Shown piece by piece: positions 47,677 to 56,168 of a DNA stretch of 64,000 nt; position 1 is the first letter of the stretch, and the number at the start of each line of letters is the position of its first letter. A program made the translations under genes and the position numbers. A model generated the notes under the pieces. The model was not told the DNA's origin, made no database searches, and worked only from the letters and a program-made list of their open reading frames with translations. Source of the DNA: an uncultured virus (IMG/VR IMGVR_UViG_3300025840_005100). Its lineage: Duplodnaviria > Heunggongvirae > Uroviricota > Caudoviricetes. The stretch is taken from IMG/VR virus record IMGVR_UViG_3300025840_005100, one strand, 5' to 3'.

Positions 47677-48498
47677 TTGAGTTTAAAATCTTTAATTACC
47701 GAAGCAGTAGTTGTTGATTCTATGTTCGATATAGAACAAGAACTACTTTCTATAAAAGAATCAATCTTAGAACAGATGATGACCGAGGGTGTTGATGACC
47801 CTGGTATCTTAAAATGTGTTTTCATGGCAGGAGGACCTGGAAGTGGGAAATCATTCACTGCCATGGAAATCTTCGGTATTGATAAAAGATTAAAACAATC
47901 CTTTTCAGCAACTGGTCTTAAATCAGTAAACTCAGATTCAGCATTTGAATCTTTACTGAAGAAGAATGGAATAGACCCAAGAGATTTGGCAAGAATAGAA
48001 AAAGAAGAACCAGAACTTTGGGATAAAGTAACCAAAGACCCTGGTGGTATTCGTTCTCAAGCTAAACAACTTACACAAAAACAAAAAGCATTTTACGAAG
48101 CAGGTAGATTAGGAATGGTAATCGATGGTACTGGACATGAGTATGGAAAGATTGCTAAACTTAAAAAACACGCTGAGGAATTAGGTTACGATACTTACAT
48201 GGTATTCGTAAATACTTCACTTGAAGTAGCAAAGGAGAGAAACCTAAAAAGAGATAGAGTATTACCTGATGCATTACTTACCAAATCTTGGCAAGATGTA
48301 CAAAACAACTTGGGTAAGTTTCAGAACCTCTTTGGTGGTAATTTCAGAATAGTAGATAACACAGTTTATAAACCAATCACTAAAGATGTTCAAAAGGCAG
48401 TGAATCAATTCGTAAGAAAACCAATTTATAATAGAATTGGTAAAAAATGGATTGAAACTGCAAGAGCTCTTAAAAACGCAAACCTCATCAAAAAATAA
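47677..48498 (+). CDS. P-loop kinase (zeta-toxin/polynucleotide-kinase-like) with acidic leader
   Basis: AGGPGSGKS; VNSD; VIDGTG; VAKERN..RDR; TTG start with TAAGGAG SD. Confidence 0.8.
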   Translation: MSLKSLITEAVVVDSMFDIEQELLSIKESILEQMMTEGVDDPGILKCVFMAGGPGSGKSFTAMEIFGIDKRLKQSFSATGLKSVNSDSAFESLLKKNGIDPRDLARIEKEEPELWDKVTKDPGGIRSQAKQLTQKQKAFYEAGRLGMVIDGTGHEYGKIAKLKKHAEELGYDTYMVFVNTSLEVAKERNLKRDRVLPDALLTKSWQDVQNNLGKFQNLFGGNFRIVDNTVYKPITKDVQKAVNQFVRKPIYNRIGKKWIETARALKNANLIKK

Positions 48499-48638
48499 TG
48501 GCAAAAGGAATAACTCTTGGTAATTACTTTGTAAAACCCAAGAAAAAAAGAAAAGGTGTTCACGCGAAAACCAAACAATCTAAAAACAAAAATTCTAAAA
48601 CCTATACTAAACCATATAGAGGACAAGGCAGAACTTAA
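48498..48638 (+). CDS. small highly basic protein (46 aa)
   Basis: MAKGITLGNYFVKPKKKRKGVHAKTKQSKNKNSKTYTKPYRGQGRT, read by hand; TAATG overlap. Confidence 0.75.
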   Translation: MAKGITLGNYFVKPKKKRKGVHAKTKQSKNKNSKTYTKPYRGQGRT

Positions 48639-48698
48639 TTTTCGTTTTTTCTAATTACTTTATATTTAATTCCATATAACAAACTTTTTATTAAGGAT

Positions 48699-48860
48699 AT
48701 GGGAAAATTAACAGAAGAGTTAGGAAGAATCTTAAATCTACTTGAAGATGCAGTTGAAGAACAAGATTGGAAACTTGTTCAAAAAATGATTGATGACTTG
48801 GATAATGTTTATGAATCATTGGAAAAGCAAGAAAGTGGATTTGATTACGATTACGATTAG
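48699..48860 (+). CDS. small acidic helical protein (53 aa)
   Basis: MGKLTEELGR…GFDYDYD, read by hand; abuts the next ATG. Confidence 0.7.
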   Translation: MGKLTEELGRILNLLEDAVEEQDWKLVQKMIDDLDNVYESLEKQESGFDYDYD

Positions 48861-49247
48861 ATGATAATAAATACAGAAATAAAACAACCCAAACGAGTAG
48901 AAAAAAATTGGGGTTACGAACTATGGATTCACAATGATGAAGAATATTGTGGTAAATCTTTAGTATTCCCCAAAAAAGGTAGTTATTTCTCAATGCATTA
49001 CCACCTAATTAAAAAAGAAACTTGGTACATACAACAAGGTTCTTTTGAATTTAATTGGATTGATGTTGAAAATGGTAAACATGATTCAAGAATTATAAAA
49101 GAGGGAGATTCGGTACTTATAGAAAGAGGCCTCCCACATCAACTTATCGCTTTAGAAGATAATTCAATAGTGTTTGAGGTTAGTACCCAACACTTCGATG
49201 AAGATTCATATAGAATATACAAAAATACACCAAACGATTTATTATAA
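48861..49247 (+). CDS. cupin (mannose-6-phosphate/lyxose isomerase-like)
   Basis: VEKNWGYE; SMHYH..KKETW; PH; EVSTQHF..DSYR. Confidence 0.85.
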   Translation: MIINTEIKQPKRVEKNWGYELWIHNDEEYCGKSLVFPKKGSYFSMHYHLIKKETWYIQQGSFEFNWIDVENGKHDSRIIKEGDSVLIERGLPHQLIALEDNSIVFEVSTQHFDEDSYRIYKNTPNDLL

Positions 49248-49432
49248 TGAGTTATACACACTTACATCTACCAGAAGTAGATGATTTAAAACGAATCTTA
49301 ACAGAAACACCTGAAAAGATTAAGTATTATATGAAATATGGAGCCTTAATGGGTTCCAATGAATCAATGAATTATTTAAACGAAAAAATCGATGAGTACA
49401 ACACAAGTAAGAGAACTTCACAAAGAGTTTGA
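49247..49432 (+). CDS. hypothetical protein
   Basis: Coupled ORF. Confidence 0.6.
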   Translation: MSYTHLHLPEVDDLKRILTETPEKIKYYMKYGALMGSNESMNYLNEKIDEYNTSKRTSQRV

Positions 49433-49535
49433 CCCAAAGTACAAGAATCCAGAAATGAGATTACATCTTGAAGAGCAGGGGTGGACTTATATGGGTGAGA
49501 AAAATAACAAAACTTTATTTAAAATTGTTTACTAA
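49392..49535 (+). CDS. small hypothetical protein (47 aa)
   Basis: MSTTQVRELH…LFKIVY, read by hand; stop abuts the next ATG. Confidence 0.55.
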   Translation: MSTTQVRELHKEFDPKYKNPEMRLHLEEQGWTYMGEKNNKTLFKIVY

Positions 49536-50225
49536 ATGAGATTAGTTATATTTGGATGTTCACATAGTGTTTATTTTTCACACACACTTTCAGATAACTT
49601 TTTGGAAGGTTTTGACAAATTTATACCAAAAGGTAGAAGTGGAAATTCAAATGCAAAAATAATACATGATGTTTATGATTTTATAAATTCTAATGAATTT
49701 AATATAGATACAGATGTATTATCTATACAATATACATACACAAATAGATTTTGGAGTCCAAATATATTACCAAAAAGCGAATATTCATTTCACACCCTTG
49801 ACTATGGAGGACCTATTTTTAAAGAAAATCCTAGTTTTTTGAGAAATGATTTAAAAAAAATGTATGAGACTTATTTAACTTATTTTTGGGATTATAATTT
49901 ACACTTTGATTATTTAGTCCAAAAAATAGATTTGTTAAAATCATATTTAGATTCAAAAAATATAAAATATGTTTTTTATTCTTGGACTGATGGAGGTAAT
50001 ACAGATGAATGGAAGCAGGTTAGTGGTTTGACAAAGACAAAAGATGAAGATAAGTTATCATATGAAAATTTTGATAAATTGGGTTGTATAAAAATAGATG
50101 GTTTTAGATTTATAGAACCATGGGCAGTAAAAAATAATTTATTAGATGAAACACTTCATTTAACAGAAGAGGGTAACATATTATTTAGTAAATTTTTAAG
50201 AAAAATAATTAAAGAAAAATTTTGA
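49536..50225 (+). CDS. SGNH/GDSL-like protein
   Basis: IFGCSHS; GNSN; IQYT…R; LHLTEEGN. Confidence 0.68.
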   Translation: MRLVIFGCSHSVYFSHTLSDNFLEGFDKFIPKGRSGNSNAKIIHDVYDFINSNEFNIDTDVLSIQYTYTNRFWSPNILPKSEYSFHTLDYGGPIFKENPSFLRNDLKKMYETYLTYFWDYNLHFDYLVQKIDLLKSYLDSKNIKYVFYSWTDGGNTDEWKQVSGLTKTKDEDKLSYENFDKLGCIKIDGFRFIEPWAVKNNLLDETLHLTEEGNILFSKFLRKIIKEKF

Positions 50226-50267
50226 TATCTCATATTTTTTTCGTATATTTACAGAGTAAATGATTGA
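50221..50267 (+). promoter_or_regulatory. sigma-A-type promoter with GTAAATGATT element
   Basis: TTTG-N19-TATATTTA; GTAAATGATTGA at 50256. Confidence 0.7.
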
Positions 50268-50270
50268 GAT

Positions 50271-52370
50271 ATGAAAAACTACACAAATTCTTCTTATTGG
50301 CTTTCAGATTGGGATGATGATGACATCGTAGTAGATACTATGAACGATGTAGAGAAAAAATCCCATGACCTCTACAAATTGGCATCAGCCAAAAAAGCTA
50401 TCGCAAACTTCGTAAACATTGTAACTAATGATGATATCAAAGTTACGTTCAACACTCGTGGTAATTCCTATACTGATGGTAAATCGGTTGTGATTGGAGC
50501 CAACATAGTTGAACCTAAAGATTTTGATGTTGCAGTTGGTTTGGCACTTCACGAAGGTTCACACATTAAACTTTCTAATTTCGAATTATTAAGTGATATC
50601 TACAATTTAGTACCACAACACATTAAGGATGGTGCAATCAAAAAAGGTATTCACAATCCTATTTCTATAATCAAAGATTTGTGGAACTATGTTGAGGATA
50701 GAAGAATAGACCAGTTCGTATTCAACTCAGCACCTGGTTACAGAGATTATTATCGTTCAATGTACGATAAGTACTTCAATGATAAGTTAATCGATAAGGC
50801 ACTCTTATCTGATGAATACACTACTGAAGATGTAGATTCTTATATGTTCAGAATTATCAACCTACATAACAAGAATACTGACCTTTCTAAACTCAAAGGT
50901 TTAAGAGAGATTTATAAATTGGTAGGTTTAGGAAATATACTTAGATTAAAAGGTTCGGCTGATGCATTCTATGTTGCATTGGATATGTTCAAAGTAATCA
51001 TGAGTAATATCACTCCTTCAAAAGTAGATGATTGGAATGATTACGAATCTAAAACACAAACTCCTGGTGAGGGTGGTAGTGGTGATGGTGAATCAGATGA
51101 TACAAGAAATATGAATGATGATGAATTCCAAGACCTGATGGATGATATGGATTCCAACGGTGGTTCATCTCCAATGAGTGGTGATATGGATTCTCAACCA
51201 AGTGGTGGAGGTGGTATGGATATTCAGAACTTACCAGATAACATGACTGGTGGTACTCCTTCAAGTGGTAACTCTAAAAAAGATACTGATAAAGTACAAC
51301 TTACTGATAGACAGAAAGACCTTCTTAAAAAGAAGATTGAGAAACAGAAAAAGTTTATGGATGGTGATATCTCCAAAAAAACTGTTTCTAAGAAAAACCA
51401 AGAAACTATTGAGGCAATCCAAGAGAGTGGTTCGGAAGTAACTACTGTTGGACAAAACTACGAAAGTGGTTATGGTCATTACTCCAAAGGAATTGAATGT
51501 ATTGTAGTTAAGAAATTAACTAAATCACTTTTCGAAAACGAAGCATTCCCAATGACCCAAAACACTTATTGGAACTCAGATGAAGGACCTGTAAGAATGT
51601 ACTACCAATCTCAAGTTGATAGGGGTATTCAGTTAGGAACTATCCTTGGTAAGAAACTACAAGTGAGAGGTGAAGATAGAAGTACAGTTTTCAACAGACA
51701 GAAAGTTGGTAAGATTGATAAAAGAATGATTTCATCTTTAGGATTTGGTAACGAAAATGTTTTCCAATTTACAGAAATCGATTCTTACAAGAAAGCTAAC
51801 CTCCATGTTTCAGTAGATGCTAGTGGTTCGATGGGTGGTGAGAAGTGGGAACAAACAATGACTAATGTGGTTGCTCTTTGTAAGGCAGTTGATATGATTC
51901 AAAACCTATCAATTCAAGTAACATTCAGAACCACTTCAAATAATCTACCTTACATTGTAATGGCTTACGATTCAAGAGTAGATAAGTTTTCTAAAGTAAA
52001 ACAAATGTTTGGAGGGTTGTGTCCAGGTGGTACAACACCAGAGGGATTGTGTTTCGAAGCAATCATGAAGAACTTCTTACCTTCAAATACTGATATGGAT
52101 TCTTACTTCTTAAATCTTTCAGATGGAGAACCTTACTTCCACGGTCCAAGTTTCTACTACTCTGGTACAGAAGCAGCAAACCACACTAGAAAAATGGTGA
52201 AGATGTTGGAAGGAATGGGAATCAAAACTCTTTCTTATTTTGTGAAAAGCAGATATGATGGTGGTTCTGATTTATTCAAGAAGATGTATGGGAAAGGTGC
52301 TCAAGATATTGATGTTACTAACGTATCTCAAATCACAAAGACAATGAATAAATTATTTTTACAAAAATAA
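50271..52370 (+). CDS. vWA-domain protein with N-terminal HExxH domain (CobT-like partner of the MoxR ATPase)
   Basis: SYTDG; LHEGSH; NYVEDRRI; acidic/Gly linker; VDASGSM MIDAS, GGTTPE, LSDGEP. Confidence 0.88.
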   Translation: MKNYTNSSYWLSDWDDDDIVVDTMNDVEKKSHDLYKLASAKKAIANFVNIVTNDDIKVTFNTRGNSYTDGKSVVIGANIVEPKDFDVAVGLALHEGSHIKLSNFELLSDIYNLVPQHIKDGAIKKGIHNPISIIKDLWNYVEDRRIDQFVFNSAPGYRDYYRSMYDKYFNDKLIDKALLSDEYTTEDVDSYMFRIINLHNKNTDLSKLKGLREIYKLVGLGNILRLKGSADAFYVALDMFKVIMSNITPSKVDDWNDYESKTQTPGEGGSGDGESDDTRNMNDDEFQDLMDDMDSNGGSSPMSGDMDSQPSGGGGMDIQNLPDNMTGGTPSSGNSKKDTDKVQLTDRQKDLLKKKIEKQKKFMDGDISKKTVSKKNQETIEAIQESGSEVTTVGQNYESGYGHYSKGIECIVVKKLTKSLFENEAFPMTQNTYWNSDEGPVRMYYQSQVDRGIQLGTILGKKLQVRGEDRSTVFNRQKVGKIDKRMISSLGFGNENVFQFTEIDSYKKANLHVSVDASGSMGGEKWEQTMTNVVALCKAVDMIQNLSIQVTFRTTSNNLPYIVMAYDSRVDKFSKVKQMFGGLCPGGTTPEGLCFEAIMKNFLPSNTDMDSYFLNLSDGEPYFHGPSFYYSGTEAANHTRKMVKMLEGMGIKTLSYFVKSRYDGGSDLFKKMYGKGAQDIDVTNVSQITKTMNKLFLQK

Positions 52371-52381
52371 TGGTTAAAATA

Positions 52382-52429
52382 TTTGGATATATGGATTTTT
52401 TTTCTTATATTTACAAAGTAAATGATTGA
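52382..52429 (+). promoter_or_regulatory. sigma-A-type promoter with GTAAATGATT element
   Basis: TTTG-N20-TATATTTA; GTAAATGATTGA at 52418. Confidence 0.75.
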
Positions 52430-52456
52430 TAATATAACCCTTAAAACACAAAGATT

Positions 52457-53674
52457 ATGACTAAAGATTTTCAAATCGGTTTCGTTAAGAATGAAGTTTA
52501 CAAAGTAGAACAATTTGGTAACTCATTCAAGTTAATTGACACTCAAGGTACTAAAGTTGGTACAATGGGTGTAACCACTTCCACAAGGAAGGGAGCATTT
52601 AACGAGGGTAAAGCCCTCCAAGCGTATATCAACAAGAATGGTAAGAAAACCTTCAGAAAAGTTGATATAAATGTTTACAATTCGTTGGTAATTCCAATGA
52701 ATACTGATAATGGTGGTGTTCAGTTTGAAGATAATACTGACCATACCGCAATCAAAGATTTCATCCACAAAGGTTCAGTTCAATTAAGACCAACTGAATT
52801 AGTGATGACTGATTTGAAATGGAAATACTTAATCCGTTCTGCTGTAAGAGCTAAGAACATTATGATGACAGGACCCGCAGGTTGTGGTAAAACCATGGCT
52901 GCCAAGGCTCTTGTAAATTCATTAGATAGACCTGATTTCTACTTTAACTTGGGTGCAACTCAAGACCCAAGAGCAACTTTGATTGGTAACACTATGTTCG
53001 ATAAGAACAAAGGTACTTACTTCTCTGAATCATCTTTTGTTCAGGCAATCAAAACTCCAAACGCAGTTATCCTATTGGATGAGTTATCGAGAGCTCACCC
53101 TGATGCTTGGAACATCTTAATGACTGTTCTTGACCAAGGACAAAGATACTTGAGATTAGATGAGGCTGAAGGTTCACCAATTGTAAAAGTGGCTGATGGT
53201 GTAACATTCATAGCTACCGCAAACATTGGTAACGAATATACTTCAACTCGTGTTATTGACCGAGCTATTCTTGACCGATTTGTAACAATCGAAATGGATG
53301 TTCTCACAGATGAACAAGAGTTTGGATTACTAAAATATATGTATCCAGAAGTAAATCAAGATGACCTAAAGGCTATCGCAGAAATTGCTCACCACACAAG
53401 AACTCAAGCAATGAGTGAAAGTGGAAAGGTAACCTCAATGGTTTCCACACGAGCCTCTGTTGAGATGGCTGGATTGATTTACGATGGATTTGATTTATTC
53501 GAATCCGCTGAGATTTCAATCTTCCCATTCTTCTCACCTGATGGTGGTGTAGATTCAGAAAGAACTTACATCAAACAATTGGTTCAGAAGTATGTGAAAG
53601 ATGAAAGTGGTGAACCTCTATTCAACGAGGTTGACCAAGAAAAAGATTCGGAAGATGATATTCCGATGTTTTAA
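52457..53674 (+). CDS. MoxR-family AAA+ ATPase (CbbQ/NorQ/CobS-like)
   Basis: GPAGCGKT; ILLDELSR; IATAN; DRAILDRF; STR. Confidence 0.92.
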   Translation: MTKDFQIGFVKNEVYKVEQFGNSFKLIDTQGTKVGTMGVTTSTRKGAFNEGKALQAYINKNGKKTFRKVDINVYNSLVIPMNTDNGGVQFEDNTDHTAIKDFIHKGSVQLRPTELVMTDLKWKYLIRSAVRAKNIMMTGPAGCGKTMAAKALVNSLDRPDFYFNLGATQDPRATLIGNTMFDKNKGTYFSESSFVQAIKTPNAVILLDELSRAHPDAWNILMTVLDQGQRYLRLDEAEGSPIVKVADGVTFIATANIGNEYTSTRVIDRAILDRFVTIEMDVLTDEQEFGLLKYMYPEVNQDDLKAIAEIAHHTRTQAMSESGKVTSMVSTRASVEMAGLIYDGFDLFESAEISIFPFFSPDGGVDSERTYIKQLVQKYVKDESGEPLFNEVDQEKDSEDDIPMF

Positions 53675-53698
53675 GGTTAATCATTTACACTTGAAAAT

Positions 53699-53724
53699 GG
53701 GGTGGGGGAAACTTCACCCTTTTT
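53699..53724 (+). terminator. rho-independent terminator
   Basis: GGGGTGGGG-GAAA-CTTCACCCT followed by a T run. Confidence 0.85.
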
Positions 53725-53732
53725 CTTAAATT

Positions 53733-53957
53733 ATGGCAAAACACGAATTTACAGATGAAACAAGAGACCTCCTACCAATGTTGATGGGATGGTTTTGGAC
53801 AACTTTTCACGAACGAAAGTTTATGGATTTCGGATTAACTTCATCAGATTTTGATTTTATGTATTCTCTTTGGAAAAATGGTGTATGGGAATATGATGAT
53901 AAAATGAGAGATAGATTAAATGAAATTCGTGATATTTATCTTAAAATGAGAAAGTAA
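53733..53957 (+). CDS. hypothetical protein
   Basis: ORF track. Confidence 0.65.
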   Translation: MAKHEFTDETRDLLPMLMGWFWTTFHERKFMDFGLTSSDFDFMYSLWKNGVWEYDDKMRDRLNEIRDIYLKMRK

Positions 53958-54743
53958 ATGAGTTACGATTTTGAAATATCAAAACCTCTTAGTAAAAACG
54001 ATTTAAGACAAGTATCAAAACCTAGTTATGATGATTATTATTGGGAGTATCCTGATGATGAAAAATCATATATTGAAAATACTAAAAAATTCAAAAATGA
54101 TTATCTTATTTCTTATAAAAATAACCCAATACATTATAAAATAAATAATTTCGGATTCAGAACAAATGATGATTTTCATTATACTGATACTGCTAATATT
54201 TTTTTAGGATGTTCTCATACTTATGGAACTGGTCATCATTTAGAAAATACATGGGGATATAAAGTAAATCAAAAATTAAATAATGGTAAATTTTATAACC
54301 TCGGGCATGCTGGTAGTGGTTCAACAACCCATTTAAGACATTTTTTGGGATGGTATGATTATCCTAAAAAGGTAAATGCTGTTTTTCATTACATACCACC
54401 ACATATACAATCTAATAGATATGAAATTTTTCAAAATGGGGTTCCTGTTGTATTTGGATATGATGGTTCTGAAATGGGTGAAAAGCTTTATGGAGATTCA
54501 TTTAAAGACTCATATTCATGGGAAAGACAAAGTAATTTTAACTTTTTAAGGGATATGTCTACATTAAAATACTATTGCGAAAAAAATAATATACCATACA
54601 TTTTATGTGATGTCGAATTGTTCAGACCAAATGGACAAAAAGAAGGACATAGATGGGCTAGAGATTGTCAACATTTTTCTTTAGAGGACCATACATTAAT
54701 ATCAGAGTATATGATAGAAAAATATGAAAAACTATTTGGATAA
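53958..54743 (+). CDS. SGNH-like protein
   Basis: INNFGFR; FLGCSHTYGTG; NLGHAGSG; ARDCQH. Confidence 0.7.
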   Translation: MSYDFEISKPLSKNDLRQVSKPSYDDYYWEYPDDEKSYIENTKKFKNDYLISYKNNPIHYKINNFGFRTNDDFHYTDTANIFLGCSHTYGTGHHLENTWGYKVNQKLNNGKFYNLGHAGSGSTTHLRHFLGWYDYPKKVNAVFHYIPPHIQSNRYEIFQNGVPVVFGYDGSEMGEKLYGDSFKDSYSWERQSNFNFLRDMSTLKYYCEKNNIPYILCDVELFRPNGQKEGHRWARDCQHFSLEDHTLISEYMIEKYEKLFG

Positions 54744-54766
54744 TTCAAATATTTTTTGTATATTTG
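54735..54766 (+). promoter_or_regulatory. sigma-A-type promoter
   Basis: TTTG-N20-TATATTTG. Confidence 0.8.
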
Positions 54767-54785
54767 TTAATATAAAATTAAAGAT

Positions 54786-54995
54786 ATGAGTTTAAGAGAC
54801 ACAGTAAAAGAATGGATGAACGAAGGAAAAGAAATTAAAGTTAAAAGTCCTCTTTGTTCAAAAAGATTAGTTACCAAAAACCTTTCACAAATATTAGAGT
54901 TATTAGAATCTGATGCACCCATTATGGCATCAGAAAGAATCAAATTTCTAATTACAGATATTGAGAATGGTAAATTAGATGCAGGAAATTTATGA
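54786..54995 (+). CDS. hypothetical protein
   Basis: ORF directly after the promoter. Confidence 0.65.
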   Translation: MSLRDTVKEWMNEGKEIKVKSPLCSKRLVTKNLSQILELLESDAPIMASERIKFLITDIENGKLDAGNL

Positions 54996-55114
54996 ACTAC
55001 AACGATGGTTATTTAGTAGATAATTCTTGGAATTGTGGATGTGGTGCACTCAATGCCGCATATAGAGAAACTTGTGGTAAATGTGATAAACCTAAACCTA
55101 AAAAAGATGAATAA
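54992..55114 (+). CDS. RanBP2-type zinc-finger miniprotein (40 aa)
   Basis: WNCGCGALNAAYRETCGKCDKPKP, read by hand; ATGA overlap. Confidence 0.7.
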   Translation: MNYNDGYLVDNSWNCGCGALNAAYRETCGKCDKPKPKKDE

Positions 55115-55265
55115 AAGATTATTAGAAATTTTAGAAACTCTAAGAGAGGATTTTGAAATGTTACAAGATGGCTCTTGGGATTTAACTTATTCAGATGGTA
55201 CTGAAATACAGGCATCATTAGATAATATAGATGAAGCAATAGAAATCGTTACAAACAATGAGTAA
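55107..55265 (+). CDS. small acidic hypothetical protein
   Basis: Start reassigned to ATG 55107 (MNKRLLEILE). Confidence 0.6.
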   Translation: MNKRLLEILETLREDFEMLQDGSWDLTYSDGTEIQASLDNIDEAIEIVTNNE

Positions 55266-55386
55266 AAAAGAAGATTGGTTAGAAACTTTGGTAAAAAAAT
55301 ATTCCATACCAAAGGATGATAAGACAGAAAAAAGAGGAATATTAAACGAAACACAATTAAAAAATCTTAAAAATGGGAAGAACTAA
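55258..55386 (+). CDS. small hypothetical protein (42 aa)
   Basis: MSKKEDWLETLVKK…, read by hand; fills the gap. Confidence 0.5.
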   Translation: MSKKEDWLETLVKKYSIPKDDKTEKRGILNETQLKNLKNGKN

Positions 55387-55681
55387 AGATTTAATTGATG
55401 ACTTAAATCTAAGTCAAGAAGATATCGAAGCAGATTTGTTTAACAGATATCAAGATGAACTTGAGTATGAAGAGTGGTTACAAACCGAGGGATTTGTAGA
55501 GTATGTAAATGGTGAGATTGATAGTCATAGACCAAGATATTCAGAGGCAGACATCATGGGAGCAACTCGATATGCATCTGAACAAATTACCATAAACCCA
55601 AGTGAGGTTGGTAAGGAAGTTTATGATATGTTATTTTCAGAAAAAATTGAAGAATATTTAAGTTTACATAGAGATGTTTGA
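55373..55681 (+). CDS. acidic hypothetical protein
   Basis: ORF track. Confidence 0.7.
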   Translation: MGRTKDLIDDLNLSQEDIEADLFNRYQDELEYEEWLQTEGFVEYVNGEIDSHRPRYSEADIMGATRYASEQITINPSEVGKEVYDMLFSEKIEEYLSLHRDV

Positions 55682-56168
55682 TTACGAAGAATACATAGAA
55701 TCGATTCCTGATTTTCCAAAAGAAGGAATCTTATACAGAGATATCCAACCACTATTGGAAGATGATTTTGTATTTAGTAAAGCAATAAACGAATTGGGTT
55801 CAATTTATGACCAACCTGCATATTGGGTAGGTATTGAATCTCGTGGATTTTTACTTGCAGCCGCACTCTCAATGAAATTTGGTGGTGGTATCAAGTTAAT
55901 TAGAAAAGCTGGTAAATTACCAAATAAAAGATTATCCAAAAGAGCATACAATTTAGAATATGGTAAAGGATACTTAGAAATGGATATTGATAGAGAAATA
56001 GGTGATTGTGTTATTGTGGATGATGTATTCGCTACCGGTGGAACTATGGAAGCAGCAGAAAGATTATGTGAAGATGCAGGATTAGAAGTTATGGGTAAAC
56101 TTGCACTTATTGATATAGGAATTGTACAAGACCACGATGTAAATTGTTTAGTAACGTATAATGAGTAA
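55674..56168 (+). CDS. apt: adenine phosphoribosyltransferase
   Basis: IPDFPKEGILYRDI; GIESRGF; IRKAGKLP; YNLEYG; VDDVFATGGT. Confidence 0.93.
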   Translation: MFDYEEYIESIPDFPKEGILYRDIQPLLEDDFVFSKAINELGSIYDQPAYWVGIESRGFLLAAALSMKFGGGIKLIRKAGKLPNKRLSKRAYNLEYGKGYLEMDIDREIGDCVIVDDVFATGGTMEAAERLCEDAGLEVMGKLALIDIGIVQDHDVNCLVTYNE

